35,600 nt of DNA from an archaeon (GTDB lineage Archaea; B1Sed10-29; JAJRYS01). The DNA lies in assembly GCA_024275665.1 (NCBI GenBank), contig JAJRYS010000012.1, positions 1-35,600 on the forward strand. The letters are read 5' to 3'. The notes under the pieces are model-generated. The model saw only the letters and a list, made by a program, of their open reading frames with translations. It did no database searches and was not told the DNA's origin. Shown here in pieces: positions 8,378 to 16,469 of this stretch (within the stretch, counting starts at the first letter, position 1; the number at the start of each line of letters is the position of its first letter). The position numbers and the translations under genes are program-made.

Positions 8378-8639
8378 AGCCACAGATGGGACTTGAACCC
8401 ACAACCTCCTGCTCTCTCAAACTGCTCCTGTTACTTGTTTTCCGCTGTGAAGCGGAAACCAGGCCACTTCAGCTTCAGCTGAACGTGGTCTTCAGATGTC
8501 GATTTGCGAACTGGGTAGTTCGCAAATTTGAAGACGCGTAGTCTTCAAATCTGGCTGTGGCAGTCGTACGAGGCAGGCGCTCTGCCATTGCTCCCACGAG
8601 CAAAGAAGTTTTGCTTCAGGCGAATTGAGCTACGGTGGC
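8378..8639 (-). tRNA. tRNA-Thr(CGT) with two introns: 15/16 (8588-8624, 37 nt) and 37/38 (8414-8566, 153 nt)
   Basis: Acceptor GCCACCG/CTGTGGC-U73 (one mismatch), D arm GCTC-AA^TGGCA-GAGC, CCTGC-CTCGTA^A-GCAGG, GTGGG-TTCAAGT-CCCAT; 72 nt after splicing; BHB central helices GCUC/GAGC and CUCG/UGAG. Confidence 0.9.
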
Positions 8640-8790
8640 ATAGATTGAGCTATTTTTACGAATAGGTTAATGTTTTTTTATTTAATTTAATATTTTAAGG
8701 CTTTTCTTGTTAGTGCTTTGCTTGGTTGAAACTTGTTAAACAATACAAATATATATCATAAAGAATACAAACGTATTAAAGGTGTTGGTA

Positions 8791-9084
8791 ATGGGAGTCA
8801 TGGTGACAACTGTAAGAATACCAGTAAAGCTAAAAGAATATGCTGACAAACTCGTGGAAGAAGGTTATTATAAGAACTTCTCAGACTTAGTAATATCTGG
8901 TTTGAGAAGAGAAGTATTTGAGAATAACATGACGCTTGCTGTTAAGAAAGCAAGAGAAGCTAAGAAAGCAGTATGGGAAGAAGCACTTAAAAAAGCAAGA
9001 GGGGATCCTGACAAAGCTATTAAGATAATGCAAAAAGAAGCAGAAAAATTATACGCAAGCGATCCTTCATTCTGGTCATTATAA
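8791..9084 (+). CDS. Ribbon-helix-helix protein, putative antitoxin or regulator
   Basis: TTVRIPVKLKEYADKLVEEGYYKNFSDLVISGLR RHH pattern; start uncertain (8782/8791/8800). Confidence 0.75.
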   Translation: MGVMVTTVRIPVKLKEYADKLVEEGYYKNFSDLVISGLRREVFENNMTLAVKKAREAKKAVWEEALKKARGDPDKAIKIMQKEAEKLYASDPSFWSL

Positions 9085-9489
9085 AACTTCCTCTGGCTTG
9101 TAAACTCTTATCCCGTAGACTCTTCCAATTTCAAACCAGTGTTTATCATAACTAATAGGAATAGCTTTCAATTTTTTAGCAATTAATACGTGCAAACAAT
9201 CATTAAAACCAACCCCAAGCCACTCGTTTTGCTTTAAAGCAACTTGCCTGTCTTCTTCAGTAATCCTAACTCCCTTGCACATTCCTTTCAAATATAATGC
9301 ATTTTTCAAATCTTCATACTCTTCCAACAATCCTTTATTCTTAAGCTCTGCCCAGTGCCTGTCCGTGACTATCACTAATGCTTTTTCTTTTATTATCCTC
9401 TCAAAAAGCCTGACTGTTTCTTCGTGTTTTTCATCATTCTCGTCAAAGTAAGAAATCCACACGCAAGAATCCAAGTAATATTTTTTCAT
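9079..9489 (-). CDS. PIN-domain (VapC-like) ribonuclease toxin
   Basis: YYLDSCVWI, AEL, GFNDCLH, SYDKH acidic PIN motifs. Confidence 0.85.
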   Translation of the reverse strand: MKKYYLDSCVWISYFDENDEKHEETVRLFERIIKEKALVIVTDRHWAELKNKGLLEEYEDLKNALYLKGMCKGVRITEEDRQVALKQNEWLGVGFNDCLHVLIAKKLKAIPISYDKHWFEIGRVYGIRVYKPEEVL

Positions 9490-9569
9490 TAAATAGTTAG
9501 CTGTCAGATTTTTATAAAAACATCCTAGAACTAGCTCATGGTTTTAACAAGTGTAAACCAGTAAAAAAC

Positions 9570-9923
9570 TCAGCACGTCACGTGAATGACTGCTATCGTC
9601 TTCTTCTGGTTGCATAAGTCGTTGTATTTTTCAATAGCCTGCGGCGTAGGAAGTGATATTATTTGTATTCCTTTCTCTCTTGCAAGAACTTCAGCGTCAC
9701 TGCTCACCCTCGCTACTCCGTCCTGCCCAGTACCAAATACTACTACTTCAACGTCATCAGACAAGTACTTCTCCAGTTCTTCCCTGCTCAGCAAGTGATG
9801 GCTTCCAACACTCTCACGCCTGCGTGGTTTATTGTCCAAGCCAACCCACACGTCGTGGTCGTACTCCACGTTGTCAAACCACACCCTGCCGAAGCTCGTC
9901 TTCTGAAACATTCCAAGACTCAC
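9570..9923 (-). CDS. Mth938-like (DUF498) protein
   Basis: SFGRV..D, VVFGTGQDG, PTPQAIEKYN, terminal IHVTC. Confidence 0.85.
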   Translation of the reverse strand: MSLGMFQKTSFGRVWFDNVEYDHDVWVGLDNKPRRRESVGSHHLLSREELEKYLSDDVEVVVFGTGQDGVARVSSDAEVLAREKGIQIISLPTPQAIEKYNDLCNQKKTIAVIHVTC

Positions 9924-10225
9924 CTTGAGTACAGTGTTCTGGAACCAACATACCTCACGTAAGTCTCGCTGGGAGTTGACACTACTATGAGTTCAGGGTT
10001 TCTCTTCAACTCGTTCAAATCGTAGTCAGACGCGTGAGACCTCTCCCTGCCAGGGTCAGCGATGTTAATAATCTCTGCTATTTCCTCAAGGCTGAGAGCG
10101 AGTCCTTTCAACTCCTTCGTGACTGCTATTACTTCAGCAGTCTTCGTTGGCTTCGGCGCTTCCTTGATCTTGTCAAGCACTCTTGGAGTCAGCTTGTCAG
10201 ACACTATTCTCCTTAACTCTATCAT
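9920..10225 (-). CDS. Hypothetical protein, possible winged helix
   Basis: About 101 aa, GGTGG upstream, overlaps the next start; LSLEEIAEII helix. Confidence 0.6.
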   Translation of the reverse strand: MIELRRIVSDKLTPRVLDKIKEAPKPTKTAEVIAVTKELKGLALSLEEIAEIINIADPGRERSHASDYDLNELKRNPELIVVSTPSETYVRYVGSRTLYSR

Positions 10226-10276
10226 CAAACCACCCGACCTCTCCTTAATATAAACGCCTTGGTTGTTAATAAAAAT

Positions 10277-10720
10277 ATGCTTGAACTCTTAAAAATAATC
10301 ATAATAACACTCATTCCAGGAATAGAGTTAAGAGGATCCATCCCAGCAGGCATTGCAATGGGCGTTGACCCCCTGCTGGTGTTCTCCACAGCACTCTTAG
10401 CGAACATTGCAGTAATTCCCTTTGCGTTCTTAGGGCTTGACTTGTTCTACGAGCTCTTATCCAAAAACAAGCTCGTTAAGAAGTACGTTGAAAGAACACG
10501 CAGGAAAGCCACTCCACGCGTGCAGAAATACGGCTTGCTTGGCTTGCTGTTATTCGTAGCAGTCCCACTTCCAGGCACAGGAGCCTACACAGGAGTAATA
10601 GCAGCATGGCTATTCGGATTCGACAGGAAAAAATCAACAACAGTAATAAGCCTGGGAGTAATCACAGCAGGCTTGCTAGTGCTAGCAGCGAGTGTCGGTG
10701 CTGTAATGTTTGTGAGGTGA
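10277..10720 (+). CDS. Small multidrug export family membrane protein (COG2426-like)
   Basis: PGIELRGSIP and FVAVPLPGTGAYTG motifs. Confidence 0.9.
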   Translation: MLELLKIIIITLIPGIELRGSIPAGIAMGVDPLLVFSTALLANIAVIPFAFLGLDLFYELLSKNKLVKKYVERTRRKATPRVQKYGLLGLLLFVAVPLPGTGAYTGVIAAWLFGFDRKKSTTVISLGVITAGLLVLAASVGAVMFVR

Positions 10721-10724
10721 ATGC

Positions 10725-11249
10725 ATGCATGTCGTGAATGTTGAGATAAAAGCAAGATTGGGTGATGAGGAGAAAGTCAGGCGTGTTCTTGCAGAGAAGA
10801 AGGCTTTTTTCAAGGGCAAAGATCACCAGGTTGACACTTATTTCAAGATTAACAATGGGAGGTTGAAGCTCAGGCAGGGGAATATTGAAAACAAACTTGT
10901 CTACTATGATCGTAGGAATGAGAAAGGACCCAAGCAGTCAGATGTCCTGTTATTCGAAGTTGGGAAGGATTCTGATTCTTTGAAAAAAGCATTATCAAAA
11001 GCATTAGGAGTGTTAGTGGTGGTTGATAAGATGAGGGAAATTTATTTCGTTGGTAATGTTAAAATTCACATTGATGAAGTCAAAGGACTTGGTTCTTTTG
11101 TTGAAATAGAAGCAATAGACGAGAATGGTAGTATTGGTGTTGAAGAGCTAAGAAAACAATGCGAAGAATTCATGAAACTCTTTGGGATAAGGGAAGAAGA
11201 CCTTGTTCCAATTTCTTACAGCGATTTATTACTGAAGAAAAAAGAATAA
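10725..11249 (+). CDS. cyaB: CYTH-domain protein (class IV adenylate cyclase-like)
   Basis: NVEIKAR, QVDTYF, RLKLR, HIDEVKGLGSFVEIE, SYSDLL. Confidence 0.9.
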   Translation: MHVVNVEIKARLGDEEKVRRVLAEKKAFFKGKDHQVDTYFKINNGRLKLRQGNIENKLVYYDRRNEKGPKQSDVLLFEVGKDSDSLKKALSKALGVLVVVDKMREIYFVGNVKIHIDEVKGLGSFVEIEAIDENGSIGVEELRKQCEEFMKLFGIREEDLVPISYSDLLLKKKE

Positions 11250-11256
11250 AAATTCT

Positions 11257-11421
11257 TCACGCAATAGCATTTAGAAGCAGTTCTATGACTATGAAAGCAA
11301 TCGCGACTCCTACTACTACCATTGGAGAAATCTTAGGACCTCCTCCGCTCACGTCAAAGAAACGCATTATACCAGCGCCGCTCATCGGCGTCTGAATCGG
11401 GTTTTCTTTTATTCCCTTCAC
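11257..11421 (-). CDS. secG: Preprotein translocase subunit Sec61beta (54 aa, not in the ORF track)
   Basis: Hand translation MKGIKENPIQTPMSGAGIMRFFDVSGGGPKISPMVVVGVAIAFIVIELLLNAIA; AGxMRF and KISP motifs plus one TM. Confidence 0.9.
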   Translation of the reverse strand: MKGIKENPIQTPMSGAGIMRFFDVSGGGPKISPMVVVGVAIAFIVIELLLNAIA

Positions 11422-11556
11422 GAAAAACACCACCTAAATCTCTTGTCTTTGTTTTTGACAGCAAGGGTTTTTAATTGTTTTTGAATTCCAGGTTTTTTAA
11501 ATAAGTAAGTTTATTAAAAGTAATTGCTGAAGGGTTTTGTAAGGGAGTTTTTGTTC

Positions 11557-12033
11557 ATGAAGAGAGGTAGGAAAGCGCAGAGGAGGAGTAATCTTGGCAG
11601 GAGGCTGAGGGAGTCTCCTGTTTCTCGTAATCCTGTTACTGTTATTGAAGAAGCACGTAAGGAGATTAACCAGCTGCGCAAGCAATATGGTGTTAATCCT
11701 CCTCTTGGAGTGCAGCAGAAGATAAGAGCATTGAAACAAGTTATAAGAGAGCAGGAAGAGAAAAAGGAGGAGGCAGTTGGAAGAGTTGTTGAGGAGCCTA
11801 AAGGCCCGTTAGTGAGGATACGTGCTGTAAGGGGAAGGATTAGGAAGAAGTTGGAGAGTGATTTGAAGTACAAGACTCATGAAGTGTTTGGTTTGAAGAG
11901 GCAGGAATGGGTTTCGCTTCCTTTGGAAAAAAGAAGGGAGTTGAGGAAAGCGGGAATGGATTATGCTAAGGGAAGGATTACCAAGGAAGAATTCGAGGAA
12001 AAAACGAAAGAAATCTTGTCAGGAAAAGAATAA
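11557..12033 (+). CDS. Hypothetical highly charged, basic protein
   Basis: Purine-rich coding bias, K/R/E-rich, no recognised domain. Confidence 0.7.
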   Translation: MKRGRKAQRRSNLGRRLRESPVSRNPVTVIEEARKEINQLRKQYGVNPPLGVQQKIRALKQVIREQEEKKEEAVGRVVEEPKGPLVRIRAVRGRIRKKLESDLKYKTHEVFGLKRQEWVSLPLEKRRELRKAGMDYAKGRITKEEFEEKTKEILSGKE

Positions 12034-12301
12034 ACACGTTGCGCTCATTCCGTTCACTTAACTGAACGCATTGAAGACGGAGGAGGGAAGAGAAGAACCA
12101 AGAGGCAAAGCAAGCAGTGAAACGCTTCGCCCGACGCAGGCTTCGTTCTTCGGGTCTGCTAACAGCGATTACGCTGCTGCGCGATGAGCATGCTGTCTGC
12201 TTTTCTTCCTTCCAAATCTGCAGTAATTGCTTTTAGTTCTCTTATATGCTAACACCTCACTCCCGTATCTTTTATAAAGATTGTCCTTTTAATAATTGTT
12301 C

Positions 12302-13561
12302 ATGGAGTTGGAGACTAAGAACATTGCCAACCTCACGGGGTTGGTCATTCTCGTGTTCATATTACTGTTCTTGCTTGCTAATTTTGGTTACATCAGCCCT
12401 TGCAGCATTCCAGGCTTTTCAGGAGTTTATTACGGGATAAAAGGGTATCCGAGGATTGCAATAGTTTCAGGTTCTGATGGCATGGGGGATGCTGAAAAAC
12501 TCAGGAACATTCTCATTCAGAGGAAGAATGTTTTCCCCGTCACGCTTGACGTAGAAGACTTGAAGACAGGAGGAGTGCTTGACAATTACCAAATGGTCAT
12601 AGTAGACCATGCTAAGACCATTGACACTGCTGCTTTGTACGCTTTCCGTGACTACGTGCAAAAAGGAGGGCGCTTGGTTTGGATTGGTGATGCTGGAACA
12701 GGTTTGGGAGAAAACGATTACTACTGTGAGAAAGTGGAGTTCGCTTACTTGCCTGCTACTATTTACACTAATGATGATGGTTCTTTCACTCAATGTGCTC
12801 CTGACTGGATTGTTTATTCTCCTAACGTGCCAGAGAGACTGGAGTCAGGGTTGTGTGGCAAGGACTTTGCTGACGTCGTAGTGACTTTCGTAAGAGAAAA
12901 CAAGAGCATTTACGAGTCAGCGTTTACTGGCACTACTTTCCCTTGTCCTGACGTTGACAATGCATTCCAAGTCAAAGGAGCTGACAAAATCCTATCATGC
13001 TTGTCCCTGATAGGGGATGTTAGTAGTAAGAGTGATGAGGAGATCAAGCAGGAAGTAAATGAGAAATGCACTTACAGTGCTTCCATTGCTCTTGCTCAAG
13101 GAGTAGTTATCGGAAATAATCATTGGAGGAGAGGAGCAGTAGAGACTGACACTGGCAAGAAGCTGCCTGCGTTTGACTTCGGAGCAACAGTCATAGGAGC
13201 TGACTATGTTGCAAGTGCTAAGGCTGAGTTGTTCTTAAAGCCTGTTGACCCTGACCATCCGCTGGTAAAGGGTTACGAAGTTGGAAGTGATGTTGGCAAG
13301 TACTTCGGAAGCACTAACTTTTCAATAGTAAGCACTCTTGGTTATGAGATGAGGTCAAAAGCAGTCATGAACGCTCAGATAGGAGGTAAGACTTACCCAG
13401 CGATGATAGTTTCAAGCCCTGTAGGTCCTTTGCTTGCGAAGACCGGCTTGGTGACATATTATGCTTTCCCTCTAGAGGACTTGATTTACGAGGATGAGAA
13501 TGGGGATTACAAGGGAGCTGTTAACTTGGTTGACAACCTCGTGGATTACTTGATATGCTGA
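12302..13561 (+). CDS. Membrane-anchored class I glutamine amidotransferase-like-fold protein with Cys-rich insert (paralog 1)
   Basis: N-terminal TM, YQMVIV, DYVQKGGRLVWIGDAG, DHPLVKGY, GLVTYYAFP. Confidence 0.7.
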   Translation: MELETKNIANLTGLVILVFILLFLLANFGYISPCSIPGFSGVYYGIKGYPRIAIVSGSDGMGDAEKLRNILIQRKNVFPVTLDVEDLKTGGVLDNYQMVIVDHAKTIDTAALYAFRDYVQKGGRLVWIGDAGTGLGENDYYCEKVEFAYLPATIYTNDDGSFTQCAPDWIVYSPNVPERLESGLCGKDFADVVVTFVRENKSIYESAFTGTTFPCPDVDNAFQVKGADKILSCLSLIGDVSSKSDEEIKQEVNEKCTYSASIALAQGVVIGNNHWRRGAVETDTGKKLPAFDFGATVIGADYVASAKAELFLKPVDPDHPLVKGYEVGSDVGKYFGSTNFSIVSTLGYEMRSKAVMNAQIGGKTYPAMIVSSPVGPLLAKTGLVTYYAFPLEDLIYEDENGDYKGAVNLVDNLVDYLIC

Positions 13562-13621
13562 AAAGGAGTATTAATAAATGAGAAAGTATCATAATAAGAT
13601 ATTGTAAGAGGTGTGTGCGGC

Positions 13622-14461
13622 ATGCAGGATTATTCATACTACGAATATGAGGAAGGTTGGAAGAAGAAATTTGAAGCAACAATCCCAATACTGTTACTGG
13701 TTTTAGTATTGCTAATCTTGGCTTGGAAGATGCAGTGGCTCTGTGGTTTGCCTGTTGTTGGAGGTGTTTGCGGTTCTCCAGTAGTGAACATCCTACTAGT
13801 TGGAGACGATCCTGATATTGCAAGAGCGCTTGACGAGATTAAAATTGGAATGCCTTTGAATTATGAGATCTTTGACACTAAGGACATTGAAAACCTGCGT
13901 GACGCTTCTTACTTGAACAATTATGATATTATCATTCTCACTGAGAAGATCGATCCTAATGACCCTACCATGATGCCTTCTTTGTTCAGAGAGTACTTGT
14001 CACAGCGCCTTGCTAACAACGGAAAACTAATACTATACGGGGTTGCTGGAAGTAGGGTTCCAGGAGAGCCTTCTGCTAATGGTTGGAAGCAAGCAAGCAT
14101 GGACAAGTATGTTCCAGTAACTTGCACTACTGGCTTGTGCGGAGCTGATTCAAAGGATGTGAGAGCTTCTTCGTTAGTGTCTTTGAAGGTCACTGATATA
14201 AATCACCCAATGGTCAAGGAGTTTGGAATGACTGCTCAGTTCACCCCTGGAGCAAGCTTGGAGTTTGCAGTGGTGAATGTTGATGAAGGAAAGGCTATTG
14301 CTAACATTGAAGTTAGTACTGAAGCACAGACTCTGGCATACCCTGGAGTAGTTGTGTCTTCTCATGGTTTGACTGGGAGAACTGTTTACTTCGCTTATCA
14401 CCCAAGCAGGACTCCTACCATCTTCAAGAATGCTATTAAATACTTAATGAACAGCATGTGA
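13622..14461 (+). CDS. Membrane-anchored GATase1-like-fold protein (paralog 2)
   Basis: TM then CGLPVVGGVCG, YDIIIL, NNGKLILYGVAG, NHPMVKEF, GRTVYFAYHP; GAGGTG RBS. Confidence 0.7.
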   Translation: MQDYSYYEYEEGWKKKFEATIPILLLVLVLLILAWKMQWLCGLPVVGGVCGSPVVNILLVGDDPDIARALDEIKIGMPLNYEIFDTKDIENLRDASYLNNYDIIILTEKIDPNDPTMMPSLFREYLSQRLANNGKLILYGVAGSRVPGEPSANGWKQASMDKYVPVTCTTGLCGADSKDVRASSLVSLKVTDINHPMVKEFGMTAQFTPGASLEFAVVNVDEGKAIANIEVSTEAQTLAYPGVVVSSHGLTGRTVYFAYHPSRTPTIFKNAIKYLMNSM

Positions 14462-14491
14462 TTTGGAATGGAGTTTAGGAGATGATGAATA

Positions 14492-15373
14492 ATGGTGGAT
14501 TTGCCTTATTACTATGAGGAAGGACCTAAAAGGTATTTGGAGAGCTTGATTCCAATAATAATATTAGTACTGATAGCAGTGGTTCTTGTTGGAAAGACTA
14601 CTACTTTATTCTGTTCTGTTCCAGTGCTTGGAAGCGTTTTTTGCGGCGGCCAGTACATTAACATTGCAGTGATAGGAGACTTCCAATACGGAGATACTCT
14701 TGTAAAAGCACCTGAATTAAAGGCATTGCTTGACGGCGACTTGGGAAGAGCTTGCAACATGCAGTACCAGACTTTCACTCCTGATGACTTGCAATATGTG
14801 AAAGACAGTTTGATAAAAGACTTCGACCTCGTTGTGTTGGTTGGTGAGAGAAACTACACCAGGCCTGTGAGGGAAGCTGTAGAGTCTTACTTGCAGTCAG
14901 GTGGGAAGGTTATAATAATAGGGGATGCTGCTACTAAGGACCCTGATGATTTTGCTTACCTTGGATGGGGTCATATTGAAGTACCAATACAGTTAAGACC
15001 TAATGTTGACAAGACTGACAATGGAGTTCCTTACGTAGAATTAGCGGGCACACAGTTAAGAGTGGTTGACTTAAACAATCCAATAGTAGTAGGGTATGGT
15101 TTGAAGGTTAACTTAACTGAGTTGTCTAACAAGCCTTCTTGCAGTGCTGACAAGCTTACAATGATTGACGTTAATCCTACGAGCGGAGGAACTATTCTCA
15201 TTGCTTCTGGCATCGAGGACGGCAGGAAGAAAACAGTCCCAGCAGTAGTGGAGAGCAATTCATTGCTAGGGGGCAAGGTGTATTACTTCTCTTTCGACCC
15301 TGGATGCATGCCTAACATGTGGATTTCCACAGTGCAGGAAATAACAGGTAAGAAGGCTTGCCAGTCTTGGTAA
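14492..15373 (+). CDS. Membrane-anchored GATase1-like-fold protein (paralog 3)
   Basis: TM then CSVPVLGSVFCG, FDLVVL, YLQSGGKVIIIGDAA, NNPIVVGY, GKVYYFSFDP. Confidence 0.7.
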   Translation: MVDLPYYYEEGPKRYLESLIPIIILVLIAVVLVGKTTTLFCSVPVLGSVFCGGQYINIAVIGDFQYGDTLVKAPELKALLDGDLGRACNMQYQTFTPDDLQYVKDSLIKDFDLVVLVGERNYTRPVREAVESYLQSGGKVIIIGDAATKDPDDFAYLGWGHIEVPIQLRPNVDKTDNGVPYVELAGTQLRVVDLNNPIVVGYGLKVNLTELSNKPSCSADKLTMIDVNPTSGGTILIASGIEDGRKKTVPAVVESNSLLGGKVYYFSFDPGCMPNMWISTVQEITGKKACQSW

Positions 15374-15375
15374 AC

Positions 15376-15401
15376 TTTTTTCTTCCTTTTTTTATTATTT
15401 T
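15376..15401 (+). terminator. Oligo-T archaeal terminator after the three-gene cluster
   Basis: TTTTTTCTTCCTTTTTTTATTATTTT right after stop 15373. Confidence 0.55.
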
Positions 15402-15439
15402 GTTCAAGGATTGAAACAACCATTATTCTAACTTATAAT

Positions 15440-16372
15440 CTACAAGTTGTGTGCTTCTAACACTTTCACGTCATCAGTTTTTCCATCACCGTCTTTGTCA
15501 AGTCCTCTTATCACGCAGTAGAAGTCTTTTCCTTGCTCGTATTTCCTTAGTACTTTGTCATGGTATTGTGTTATTGCAATGATGCTTGCTTTCGTTCCTT
15601 CATGTTTTAATCCTGATAATAAGATTACTTTTTTGCTCTTGTCCCATGGGTTTGTTATTTTTGCTATAAGACTTATGTCCTCACCATCATAATGCTTATT
15701 TGTGAAGGAAGAATGCAATTCCCATATTTTGTCCCATTCAAACTTTATTTTTAGAAAATTGTTTAACTCATTTGTGATAATGTTCGTAGCAGGCCCTCCT
15801 ATTATTATGAGGTTTCTTTTTTCCTCATGCTCTGCTTTTGCCTCTGTATCAAACTTTACAACAAACCTGTTTGGAAGAGAGCAATACTTGCCTATAAACA
15901 TTGCCAAATGCACTGCTGTGTGCCCGTCTCTTGCTGTTGTCATGTAAGGTCCGTGTTTGAAAGGAGCGCTTACTACCACAGATCCTTCAAACACTCCGTT
16001 ATTAACGAATTCTTGAAAAAACTCTCTTGCTTTGCTGTCTTCTTTTTCTTCAACCCTGCTTTTCTTTATTTCAAAACCGAAAGCATTAGAAGTAGGAGCG
16101 TAATACTTGCTTACTGCTCCTTTTTTAATTTCTTCTCTTATTACTGTAACCAATCCTGCTTTCTTAAGGTTGTTTATGTAGTAGTATACTTTTTGTTCGT
16201 GGATTCCAAGTTCTCTTGCTATTTCATTAGGGTATGTTGGTTTTTTTGCAAGAGCTTTAAGTATTCTCAAGCTGTTTTCGTTTAATAGTTTGAATGCTTT
16301 CACTGGGTTTCTCATTATTAGTATTGGTTCGGAATATTTTTTCCCATTAACGTGTCTTGTTAAGAAATACAT
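15440..16372 (-). CDS. ArsR-like wHTH regulator fused to an S-layer-C-terminal-like domain
   Basis: RILKALAKKPTYPNEIARELGIHEQKVYYYINNLKKAGLV wHTH; NLIIIGGPATNIIT and VILLSG..HEGT motifs. Confidence 0.75.
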   Translation of the reverse strand: MYFLTRHVNGKKYSEPILIMRNPVKAFKLLNENSLRILKALAKKPTYPNEIARELGIHEQKVYYYINNLKKAGLVTVIREEIKKGAVSKYYAPTSNAFGFEIKKSRVEEKEDSKAREFFQEFVNNGVFEGSVVVSAPFKHGPYMTTARDGHTAVHLAMFIGKYCSLPNRFVVKFDTEAKAEHEEKRNLIIIGGPATNIITNELNNFLKIKFEWDKIWELHSSFTNKHYDGEDISLIAKITNPWDKSKKVILLSGLKHEGTKASIIAITQYHDKVLRKYEQGKDFYCVIRGLDKDGDGKTDDVKVLEAHNL

Positions 16373-16469
16373 GTTATTATTATCTCAAAAAAGCTTTATA
16401 AATTTTTTTATAATGGTATTAATTCTATTGTAAAAAATTTTATAAATATTGAAAAGCACACTCTACTCC

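Noticed and set aside
8414-8566. Box C/D guide RNA in the tRNA-Thr intron
   Set aside because: TGAAGA and CTGA words are present but mostly buried in perfect stems; no canonical RUGAUGA and no guide target identified by eye
12071-12187. Short plus-strand frame ending ANSDYAAAR, resembling a tmRNA tag
   Set aside because: No tRNA-like ends or T arm, and tmRNA is not known in archaea; treated as coincidence
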